This document shows, piece after piece, positions 12,645-23,690 of a stretch of DNA of 64,000 nt (position 1 is the first letter of the stretch; every line of letters starts with the position of its first letter). Location: assembly GCF_006345805.1 (NCBI RefSeq), contig NC_043001.1, positions 101,060,001 through 101,124,000 of the forward strand, in the 5' to 3' direction. Under the pieces are notes generated by a model that was given only the letters and a program-made list of their open reading frames with translations, was not told the DNA's origin and ran no database searches. The stretch is from Octopus sinensis. Taxonomy: Eukaryota. The translations under genes and the position numbers were made by a program.

Positions 12645-12862
12645 GTTTAAACATGGATGTTTGGTTAGAACAAATTTTATTGCAGAAGACACCACGAGAG
12701 AAATTCTCTGATACTGGCTTTTGGCACAAAATACATGTTTGTTTACATCGCTAGCAGGGAGATAAAAACATGTGTGCCTTTCGCGCCAAAAGCCTATATA
12801 AGTGTTTCTCCCATGGCATCTGCAGCAGTAAAGTTTGTTTTAGTAACACATCCATGTTTGAA
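12645..12862. repeat. Imperfect palindrome (MITE-like), ~100-bp arms
   Basis: AAACATGGATGT...GGCTTTTGGCAC / GCGCCAAAAGCC...ACATCCATGTTT. Confidence 0.75.
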
Positions 12863-13139
12863 TGAGAATAGATATCATCTCTCTATATGTAGGTTTTTAT
12901 CAGTCTCCTTATCATTATTATCACCATCATCATCATTGCTTTAACATTGCCTTGCTTGCATGGAGCAGAGGAAATTTGTCAAATCAGATTTTCTGCAGCT
13001 CTTCTTGTCGCCAAACTCACCTATTTCCAGGCAAAATAAATTTTACTCGCCTCATCCTCTGAATATGAACACTTCACAAACTGAACATGCTGTCATGGAA
13101 AGGTGTTAATAAACATACACACACATACACATATGAATC

Positions 13140-13490
13140 ATCATCATCATCATCATCATCGTTTAACGTCCGTTCTCCATGCTAGCATGGGTTGGACGGT
13201 TCGACCGGGGATCTGGGAAGCCAGAAGGCCGCACCAGGCTCCGGTCTTATCTGGCAATGTTTCTACAGCTGGATGCCCTTCCTAACGCCAACCACTCCGT
13301 GAGTGTAGTGGGTGCTTTTTACGTGCCACCTGCACTGGAGCCAGGCGAGGCTGGCATCGGCCACAGTCGGATTGGTGCATTTTACGTGCCACCTCCACGG
13401 AAGCCAGTTGAGGCGGCACTGGCTTCGGCCACGATTCGGATGGTGCTTTTTATGTGCCACCGATACGGTAATGGCTCCATGTGGTGATCT
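13140..13490 (-). mobile_element. RTE 3'-end fragment
   Basis: (CAT)n-CGTTTAACGTCCGTTCTCCATGCTAGCATGGGTTGG...GATGCCCTTCCTAACGCC. Confidence 0.85.
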
Positions 13491-13582
13491 AACCTGGACC
13501 ACAAGATTTCAACCAATCAAATCATTTGCTCCCTTTTACTGCATATATAAATTTTGACAAATTTTGACATATATATATATAT

Positions 13583-13745
13583 AGGTGCAGGAGTGGCTGT
13601 GTGGTAAGTAGCTTGCTAACCAACAACATGGTTCCAGGTTCAGTTCTCTTGCATGGTACCTTGTGCAAGTGTCTTCTACTATAGCCTCAGGCTGACCAAA
13701 GCCTTGTGAGTGGATTTGGTAGATGGAAACTGAAAGAAGCCTGTC

Positions 13746-13788
<43 letters not shown>

Positions 13789-13921
13789 TATATGTATATG
13801 TATGTGTGTGTATGTGTGTGTGTGTTTGTGTGCCCTTGTTTGTCCCCGTCCGTCGCTGGTGTGTTTATGTCTCTGTAACTTAGTGGCTCACCAAAAGAGA
13901 CTGATGGAATAAGTACTAGGC
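13583..13921 (+). mobile_element. Family A tRNA-derived SINE (3' truncated)
   Basis: GGTGCAGGAGTGGCTGTGTGGTAAGTAGC...GGTTCAGTTC. Confidence 0.85.
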
Positions 13922-13954
13922 GTGCAGGACTGAACAACAGAAGATGTAATTTTA

Positions 13955-14225
13955 CCCTCGTGCCAGTGGCACATAAAAAGCACCATCGGAATATGGCCAA
14001 TGCCAGTACTCCACTGATGGCTTCTGTGCCGGTGGCATGTAAAAAGTACCCACTACACTCTCGGAGTGGTTGGCATTAGGAAGGACATCTAGTTGTAGAA
14101 ACCTCTGCCAGATCAGATTGGAGCCTGGTGCAGCCACTGGCTCTGCAGACCTCAGTCAAACCATCCAACCCATGCCAGCATGGAAAGCAGACGTTAAACG
14201 ATGATGATGATGATGATGATGATGA
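13955..14225 (+). mobile_element. RTE 3'-end fragment
   Basis: CACTACACTCTCGGAGTGGTTGGCATTAGGAAGG...GACGTTAAACGATGATG. Confidence 0.85.
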
Positions 14226-14999
14226 TTTACACAAGAAGATCTGTATTCCACAGCAGAAATATTAAGCTCCCCCTCCCCCCAATGAAGAAGACTGACCTAC
14301 CAATTATATTAAAGGTTTATCTCTTTGTGGGCAAAAATGTGGGATGGAATTCTCTCCTCTCTGCCAGTCTGTGTGTCTATGTGAACTACCGTCTGTGTTT
14401 GCATGTATATTAGTGTGTGTTTGTGTCTATATGTGACACTGAGTCTGTAAATACTGATGTTATTTTCTTTTTCTGTGAGTGTGAATGCAATGTTTGAATT
14501 GGGAGTGGTCCCTTCTTTGCCAATTGTATGTTTGTGCGTGTGTCTTACTCTTTGTAGATGCGAAAGTGATAGTGTAGATATCTATGCTTCTGGGAGCACA
14601 CACGAGCCGCCAATAGGTTTGTATGCAATGAGGGTGCATAAACATACTACATAATCAAATTATAGAAACTGGTCTTAGTTTCTTATGTGAAAAATAGGGT
14701 AAAATAAATAAAACTGTCATCAAAGAAAGAAATAGTTTCTGTCTCCGTTCTTTGCTCCTATGTTAACTGCTTCTTTGAAAGAATTAGTTTTTGAATAAAA
14801 TAATCTGCACTGTAAACTATTCACTGTCGTTAATCTCATTTGTCAAAATTTATATATGCAGTAAAAGGGAGCAAATGATTTCATTGGTTGAAATCTTGTG
14901 GTCCAGGTTAGATCACCACATGGAGCCATTTCACAATCAACATGATAACAGAAGGAAATTGGAACAGAACAGAAATAATTTCAAAGAATATTATTTTAT

Positions 15000-15054
15000 A
15001 TAAATACATTGGCATATACATAGATATATATGTACACACACATACATACATACA

Positions 15055-15088
<34 letters not shown>

Positions 15089-15200
15089 CATATATATATT
15101 ATATATATATATATATATACACATATATGCATATATATATATACATATATATATATATACATATATATATATACATATATATATACACACATATATATAT

Positions 15201-15258
<58 letters not shown>

Positions 15259-15328
15259 CATATATATATATGTTCATACATGTATAGATATATACCTACA
15301 TACATAAATAGATACCAGTGTACCTACA

Positions 15329-15360
<32 letters not shown>
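15000..15360. repeat. (TACA)n/(TA)n compound microsatellite
   Basis: Direct inspection; source of Y/I ORFs. Confidence 0.95.
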
Positions 15361-15899
15361 GGGTAAAATCTACAATGCTGAGGTAGAAAAGCAAACATGG
15401 AGCATGTTAGTTTGACACTCAGGAAATATATATATATATACATACATACATGTTTATGTATAGAGTTGAGGTGTGTCCTGTTAAGAATGTGTAAGAGTTC
15501 AAACAGAGCTCGTTCACCCTTAGAGTTCCCAAATAGCCGGTAGTATTCTTAAGGTATGCTACCAATTCTAGTCTTAGGTATTCCTCGTGTGTGAAAATAA
15601 AAAGTAAAAAGTAAAAAGAGTCAAAGGAAAGTGTACGGTTAGGGTCAGCTTTAAATCCCGTAGATATGAGGATCTGTATGTATTGAAATATTTGTAGCTC
15701 AAGAACTCTACACATTGCTTAGTCTAGGAATTGAAACCGTTGTCTTACCAACATGCTTCTACACAATGACAATTGGGTATGTATCTCCAACCATTGTCTT
15801 GGATCATTGATCCAATGCAATGGTCGAAGATACATACCCAAGGTACCATTCAATGGAACGGAACCTGGAATCTCTTAGTTGGGAAACAACCTTCGTCAT

Positions 15900-16215
15900 C
15901 ATCGTCGTTGTCGTTTAACGTCTGCTTTCCATGCTAGCATGGGTTAGACGATTTGACTGAGGACTGGCGAACCAGATGGCTGCACTAGACTCCAATCTGA
16001 TCTGGCAGTGTTTCTACAGCTGGATGCCCTTCCTAACGCCAACCACTCTGAGAGTGTAGTGGGTGCTTTTACATGTCACCGGCACGGGAGCCAGTCAGGT
16101 GGTACTGGCAATGGCCACATTCAAATGGTGCTTTTTATGTGCCACCTGCACAGGAGCCAGTCCAGCGGCACTGGCAATGACCTCGCTCGAATGTTTTTTC
16201 ATGTGCCACCAACTC
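15900..16215 (-). mobile_element. RTE 3'-end fragment
   Basis: GTTTAACGTCTGCTTTCCATGCTAGCATGGG...GCTGGATGCCCTTCCTAACGCC. Confidence 0.85.
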
Positions 16216-16959
16216 TATTGTTGATAGTATTACTGACCTGTATTTTTTTTTAACTTCATAGCATTTGCATTTTCTCAGATGAGTTGTAATGTTTTATAAA
16301 AGTAATAAAATTGATTCAATTATTTATATATTATTGTAAAAGCAAATGTCAGTTGTTGCAAGTGTTTCTGAAAAATGTGTTTGACTTTATCACACCATAT
16401 GAGATAGTAAAAAAAATTATTCCCATCATTAATCACTCTTTAAATTAAATAAATCACTAATTGCAGCAGTAACAATTCAACACCAAAATTCAAACCCTAT
16501 TCTTCCAATGATTCACTGAAGAATGCAATAAAAATCTCCCACAATTGCATTAAGCAATTTATGGCATCAAAAATGTCAGCAGAAATATTCAAAGCAAAGG
16601 CCAACCGTTTCGGAGAAAGATGAACAAAAATAGGCAAAAGTTACGGTGCAAGTGATAATTTGTGGGTCAAAGAGTCAAACAGTTGAAGTGCTGGTAACGA
16701 AGCGTTTTAGTTGCACAGAAGTGACATTTTATTTCAGAACTTGTTCTGTTTAATCTGTAGTATTTCTTTCTGTGATCTTTGAAATGGTAGCCCATGAATT
16801 GTGAGGACCAGTAGTATAATGTGATGACTGTGGCATAATGTGTTCAACTTAAATGAATTATCAATAATCGATAAACAATAATCAATAAGAAGTAAATGCT
16901 ACCCCAATAAAAAAAAACCCAATAATAAGAAACATCAACAATAATGGCAATATTAATGA

Positions 16960-16993
<34 letters not shown>

Positions 16994-17664
16994 GGTGGTG
17001 GTGGTGGTGGTGGTGATGATGAGATAAAGCTTTTTTTTTTTTATTATCATGAAGTTGGTGGATGAGGGGACATTACAGGGATAGGTTACACTATAAAAGA
17101 ATAACGAAAGTAACAGTAATAATAAAGCTAATAAATAAGTAGTAGCACAAGAAGGGCAATAAAAACAACAACAACAACAACAGTAGCAGCAGCAGCAGCA
17201 GTAGCAGCGGTGGCAGCAGCAGCAGCAATACTGCTTGACTGCCTGTAATAACAAGTGAACTGAACAAGGCAATTATTGCTGTGTTCACTTTAAACTTTCC
17301 ATAGTCTTTGTTCTTCCTTTGATAGATTTATTGATTTGACCTCATTCTTGTTGTTTCCTTAAAGACTGTCAAACGATTGAAAATCTTTGAGACATTGGTA
17401 TGAAATTGTAATGAAGTAAATCCATTAGAGAGTAATCTGAGATTCGGAAGTAAGTAATACTGTTCATAAAACAAATTTGTTTTGAGAGACGGTGAAAGAG
17501 GGATGTTGGCAAGGCTATTCTTACTCTTTTCCATAAAAGTTTTATAAAGATGCCAATTAGTTAACAAATATTAGGAGACACTTACAGAGGTGCTATCAGG
17601 TATGAGGCACGGCCATTGCTGCTAAGTTAGAGATATATGCATAACAAGTACACAAAGAAGACGT

Positions 17665-17766
17665 AGAAGAAGAAGAAGAAGAAGAAGAAGAAGAAGAAGA
17701 AGAAGAAGAAGAAGAAGAAGAAGAAGAAGAAGAAAGAAGAAGAAGAAGAAGAGAAGAAGAAGAAGA
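17665..17766. repeat. (GAA)n microsatellite
   Basis: Direct inspection. Confidence 0.95.
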
Positions 17767-17959
17767 CATTGTGATCTGAAATTCATCTTAATTTCTAGGT
17801 GCTTAGTTCAAAGTTGATTTTGTAGGAGAAATTAAAGTACATCTTATGGAAACATAATCCACAGGTATTTAGAGTCATCGTTGTCATCATCATCATCAGC
17901 AGCAGCAGCAGTAGAATCAGAAGTAGCATTTCACATCCATGTTCCATACTGGCAAGAGA

Positions 17960-18135
17960 TGAACATTTTTTACATTATTTAGATTATTTAGATTATTTAC
18001 ATTTGACAGATATTTGTCCTCATCTTGTTTGTTGTTAACACAACGTTTCAGCTGATATACCCTCCAGCCTTCATCAGGTGCCTTGGGGAAATTTCGAACC
18101 TGGGATCTCATTCCTGAGGTATTTTTCGATGTTAT
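17960..18135 (-). mobile_element. Hammerhead-bearing ~180-bp repeat module (copy 1)
   Basis: Reverse-complement of the modules at 18262-18445 and 50821-51003. Confidence 0.85.
18037..18082 (-). ncRNA. Minimal type-I hammerhead ribozyme motif, complete core
   Basis: GGCAC-CUGAUGA-A-GGCUG(GAGGGUAUAU)CAGCU-GAAAC-GUU-GUGUU: stem I GGCAC/GUGUU, 5-bp stem II, palindromic ACGU stem III, GUU cleavage triplet. Confidence 0.75.
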
Positions 18136-18159
18136 TATTATTATTGCTATTATTATTAT

Positions 18160-18224
18160 ATGGTGTAGTGGTTAAGATCACAGGCTATTAACCCCAAGAA
18201 TCTGAGTTCAATTCCAGGCAGTGA

Positions 18225-18228
<4 letters not shown>
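18160..18228 (+). mobile_element. tRNA-like Pol III SINE head
   Basis: A box TGGTGTAGTGG, B box GAGTTCAATTCC, followed by (AAT)n; no acceptor stem, so not a tRNA gene. Confidence 0.75.
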
Positions 18229-18261
<33 letters not shown>

Positions 18262-18266
<5 letters not shown>

Positions 18267-18445
18267 CATCGAAAAATACCTTAGGAATGTGAACCAGGTT
18301 CAAAATTTCCCCAAGCCACCCGATGAAGGCTGGAGGGTATATTAGCTGAAGCGTTGTGTTAACAACAAACAAGATGAGGACAAATATCCATCGAATGTAA
18401 ATAATGTAAACAATGTACATAATAACTCATCTCTTAAATATAGAA
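18262..18445 (+). mobile_element. Hammerhead-bearing repeat module (copy 2, core mutated)
   Basis: GCCAC-CCGATGA-AGGCTG..TAGCT-GAAGC-GTT-GTGTT at 18315-18360. Confidence 0.85.
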
Positions 18446-18449
18446 TTAC

Positions 18450-19190
18450 ATGAGATGAACAGTCTTCCCAGGGACTAGATGCTTGTTTTTCTCCATGCAG
18501 CTTAAAAGACTATGAACCCAGAGTGGCAGCTTTATGCTGGGAGGTATGAGAGGTAGGAGATAAGTGGCCAGAGCAGAAGAGGTCTCTTGCTGTAGCAGAG
18601 TTACATAACAATTGATATCTTAGAAGAAAAAACTGGAAAGAGATAAAAAATATTGGTGGTGAGGTGTCAGAGTGAATCCTCAAAATATATGACGAAGAGA
18701 AATGAGTGGGAGAGAAGGACCAGCAGTGTAGGTAGGGGGAGTTTCTAAAGATTGGGTAGAATTGAAGGGGAGAGATGTAGTGAATGGTGGATAACCAGAG
18801 GACATATGAGTTAGGGAAGATGGGGAGAGTAGGAGATAAAGGACAATGTGGAGCAGCAGAATATTAATGATAATGTAGTAGACAGGAGAAAGATGAGAGA
18901 GTTGACATATGGTTGGGTAGGTTGGGAAATTGGAGGGGGCAGGGACATGAAAGAGAGATAGTGGTGGTGGAGGAGGAAAGATAATGTGAAAGTACAGAAG
19001 GTGATAAGGGTTGTCAATAAAGATGTGGGTGGGAAATAGTATGATATAATGGTGTAATGCAACTGGCTAAACAGGGAAATAAAAAGAAGAGTCAACAGAA
19101 TGAAGAATTTTGCCCTCAGAATCTTCTGATGAGATGAAATTGTCAAGTAAAAGAATTGTTAATTTAGAAATATTCTTGGTAGACTTGATT
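18450..19190 (-). mobile_element. Degenerate CR1/L2-group LINE fragment
   Basis: Pyrimidine-rich minus strand sharing GACACCTCACC motif with 62480-62650; DTSPPIFF..LLQQET resembles the CR1 endonuclease N-terminus. Confidence 0.4.
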
Positions 19191-20850
19191 CTAAACATAC
19201 TTTACTCCACCTTTAGCTTCAAGGGAGGATGTGAGGCAAAGTGTATTGTGATGAATTAGTATAGAGAATAATATTATTGTGTTGTTGTTGTTGTTGTTCA
19301 AATATTTCTGTGCACTTTTCAAATGTCTGAAGCATCGAGACATATGAACAGCTCTCATATCTATCATCAGAACGAGTGCTTTCAGCCAAGTAGAAACAAT
19401 CTTACAAATGCCCTAAACATTCTATTGTATCTCCACCATTTATAATGCATTGCTTGCACTTCTAAACAGCCATTTTGCTCTTAGTATATTTTCATATTCC
19501 TCTCGTCTGGCTTCTTTTTCTGCACCTCTCTCTCTCCTTCTCTCTCTCTCTCCCTATCTCTCTCTCCCTCGCTCTCTCTCCCCGCCTCTATCTCACTTTC
19601 TCTCACCATTCTCTCTACGCTTTGAGATAACTGAAATGGAACCAACTTACAAATGGACAGCATTTGTTTCTATTGCCAAATAAGTGTTTTTAGATAAGTA
19701 TAAATCAACTATTGTTCATAAGCCATACACTTTATGTTGTTTCTTGTCTGTAATGTAATACTTCCAGACAAAATTTCTTATTGCCCGTCTCTGCTGGTTC
19801 TACACAAAAATTGATAGCCTCCATTATTAAGTGCTGCACTTCCACTCACCATTTTTCTGGAGAGTGACATATTCCTTTTCCCTTGATATGAAAGTTATGA
19901 ATAATCTAGAAACATACTGCAGACCCTATCAGGCAGTAAATGTCTCAGTGGTCAGTGTGCTGTAGACTGGGTTTTCAGCATCCAGATTGTATCAATCTTT
20001 TATCTGTAGATCAGAAGATTTTCGTTGTCCATTTTATGAAAGGAAAACAAAATTCCAGCAGTGTGGGAGAGCTATAAGTCATCAAAGACAACATTCAACG
20101 ACAATAGATGCAGCTTTGAGATTATGAAGAGGAAAATAAAATCTTGACTTGAGTAATTCTGGAATGTCTTCGTGTATTTATTACAGACACAAATTGATCA
20201 ATGAGCGTCCTTAAAGAGCTTATTTCATGGACAAAAGCTAACAATAAGAATCAAATGTTTAATCTTTGTATTCTAGTCTATAGCTCTGTATCATAAAGAG
20301 ATAAGTTCTCTGTGAAACTGAGCCTTCAAAATGATTCCTAGATGCCGCCATATCACATCACTTGCGTATCACATCACCTTAATGACAATGAGAAGTGCTT
20401 CAGTGTTATTATGCCAATTGTACTTTCTTCAGTTCATTACTTCTAGGTTTCACTCTCATGTCTTGAAATCTTTACAAGTGTTTACAGGTTTCTGTTTATG
20501 CAAATGTTCTTCATTAAAAAAAAAGGTTAGAATTGCTAAAAAGACTTTTTATAGATAAATATAATCAAGGAAAGTTTAATGCTTCTGTGTAATCCAATAG
20601 AGAATTGAGCTTTATGAATAAACTCAATATTTGGGGGAAACACCAAAATTTTTATAATCTTGCTATTGTTTTACAAATCTAGCTTTCTTTGTGTGTTATT
20701 CTTGATACGGATGACAGCTAAGATGAGATCATCTCAATACTATTAATGTATGATGAAACTGAGCACAGATTATCAAATCTTGAAAAGATATACTGTTAGT
20801 CCATTGGTTTACTTGTAATGGTAAGAATTTATATTTTGGTGAGGGATTAT

Positions 20851-21358
20851 AGGTGCAGGTGTGGCTATGTGGTAAGTAGCTTGCTTACCAGCTACATGGT
20901 TCTGAGTTCAGTCCTACTGCATGGCACCTTGGGTAAGTGTCTTCTACTATAGCCTCGGGCTGACCAAAGCCTTGTGAGTGAATTTGTTTGATGGAAACTG
21001 AAAGAAGCCTGTTGTATTTGTAATTGTGAGCCCCATGCTGGTAGCACATAAAAACCACCATCGGAACATGGCTGATGCCAGTGCCGCTTTTGCTGGATTC
21101 TGTGCCAGTGCCACGTAAAAAGCACCATCCAATCGTAATTGATACCAGCTCCTCTGGCCCCTGTGCTGGTGGCACGTAAAAAGCACCCACTACACTCTCA
21201 GAGTGATTGGCATTAGGAAAGGCATCCAGATGTAGAAACTTTGCCAGATCAGATTGAGGCCTGGTGCAGCTTCCTGGCTTCCCAGACCCCAGTCGAACCA
21301 TCCAACCCATGCCAGCATGGAAAACAGACGTTAAACGATGATGATGAGGATGTATGTA

Positions 21359-21427
<69 letters not shown>

Positions 21428-21580
21428 ATGTGTCTGTGTTTGTGTGTCTGTGTTTGTCCCCGTAACATCGCTTGACAAATTACAGAGAATAAGTTATGGG
21501 CTCGATTTGTTCGACTGAAGACGGTGCCCCAGCATGGCTGCAGTCAATTGACTGAAAGAAATAACAGAATAAAAGAATAT
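20851..21580 (+). mobile_element. Family A SINE split by a nested RTE 3'-end fragment (~21030-21345)
   Basis: SINE head 20851-21010, RTE 3' end with GAT tail, (GT)n, SINE tail 21425-21580. Confidence 0.8.
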
Positions 21581-21699
21581 ATGTTGATCTATGATTTGGG
21601 TGATGGGATATTTCACAGAAGAAACATTTTTTAAGGTGCTGTGGCTATGGTGTCATAGTAGAAATAATTTCTGTCCCCTGCTCAATACTTTGTTTACCT

Positions 21700-22130
21700 C
21701 TTCATTTGCCAACCTTTCAAACCCCTAAACACATGTTCCTTCTTATCACTCATGCCTCTTGAACTCCTTTGGTCATCATTGGATCCTTCTCTACTCTTCT
21801 CACTCTTGCTGTAATATTCTACCAATGTGATAAAGGATAGAAGAGGATCTCTTTACTTTTCTCTTCAGGGCTTCCAGGATAACTAGCAGAGGATGGCATC
21901 GAATGTAGCAGATCCTTTCTGTAAAAGTCCACCCATCTCTCTTATAATCTCTATTATCCTAGCCCTTTACTATCTTAGGGTATAAACTTAAGGGACCTCA
22001 TCAGACCTTTCTGTACCCAGTACATGCTACCTGTACTCCTTGACTAGTTGATACCAACACTCATCTTTTATTCTTACCATTCATCCACTTCTTGCTATCC
22101 AATCATTCTCTCACCGTTTCCTTTCAAGTG
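21700..22130 (-). mobile_element. Degenerate RTE reverse-transcriptase fragment
   Basis: HPLLVILEALKRKV resembles RTE SPLLFIIVLEALSREF. Confidence 0.5.
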
Positions 22131-23269
22131 CCGGTTAAAATGCACATAGCAGAACTTTGTTAGTGTTGGATGCGAAAGACTCTTTAATCCTGTCGAAGAT
22201 GTAGCAACTTCTGAATGTTGATGCCACGGAAAACCCAGGATGCTCTGTAAGGTGGTTAGTTTGAGGAAAAACATCCGACCAAAGAAACCAAGCTGAAATT
22301 TACAAGTGAGAAATGGTCCCTTACCTCATCTAGTAGAACAGCAAAGTCTCATCCAACCCATGCCAGCACAGAAAGAAGACATAAAGTTACAGCAATGATG
22401 TTGATGAATATGATGTTGATAATTTACACACATTCACATGCACATATATGTGTGTACGTGTCTATCTACATGCATGTGTGTGTGTGTGTGTTAGTATATT
22501 TAATATAGTCACATACATTCCCACACTTCTATATATTGTTTTTTCCCCTTCCTTTCTAGCCACTTGTATTTCTCTATATTTGTCTCTATATACACAGCGT
22601 CACATCTGTCACTTTATTTGTCCACTAATATATAGACATATTTAACTATCTATTAGCTCGTCCATCTATATATCATTTCCACATATATAATTTCCCTATA
22701 CATCAGATACAGTCTCTCAAATGATATTTATTTATATGCTAAACACATGTCACTGATATATCACTCACTGATGCATACATTTCCTAAATTACTCCCTGTT
22801 GTATATATTTGGTAGAAGCACTCATTTAGATATTCTTTTATTATGCAATTTCCTTCCATATTCCGTTGCCTTATTAGTCACCGTTTCCCATCTCTACCAT
22901 GTGATTCTGAGTGAGACGCCTTTGAATTAACAAGTGTCACTAGAAATGATTCTAGTAGACAGTTGCAAACTAATGGCATCTGACAATATCTCATTCTAAA
23001 TAGTAGGTAGAAGAGCTTTAGTTAATTTTTGCTGGGTTTTTTTATTTTGCTTTTTTTTCTTTTTATTTATTTCTTTATATGTGTTCTGTGTTTTTGTGGC
23101 AGGAATTTCAGATATATATTATTTAGAAAGACCTATATATAGTTTTGAATTTCAGCTAGGGAGCTATTTGGGAAGTGAACCATTCCAAAATACTTTTTGT
23201 CATTCATTGATCAATATTTCAGCAGATGTGAGACTATTTCTAACCACTCTAAAATGAATCATGTCACCA

Positions 23270-23497
23270 TCATAATCACCACCACCACCAACACCACCAC
23301 CACCACCACCATCACCACCACCACCATCATCACCACCACCACCACCACCATCACCACCACCACCACCATCACCACCACCACCATCATCTTCATCATCGTC
23401 ATCATCATCATCATCATCATCATCACCACCACCACCACCATCGTCATCATCATCACCACCACCACCATCACCACCACCACCATCATCGTCATCATCG

Positions 23498-23539
<42 letters not shown>

Positions 23540-23604
23540 CCACCACCACCACCATCGTCATCATCACCCCACCACCACCATCATCATCATCATCATCATC
23601 ATCG

Positions 23605-23649
<45 letters not shown>

Positions 23650-23690
23650 CCACCATCTTCCCCATCATCATCTTCTTACCATCATGTAAT
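23270..23690. repeat. (CAC)n/(CAT)n mosaic microsatellite
   Basis: Direct inspection. Confidence 0.95.

Noticed and set aside
17365-17449. AG...GTAAGT exon-like interval
   Set aside because: All three frames contain stops.
18160-18228. tRNA gene (likewise 52877-52950 and 58885)
   Set aside because: A/B boxes are present but the cloverleaf and acceptor stem are incomplete and the sequence continues into repeat bodies; these are SINE heads.
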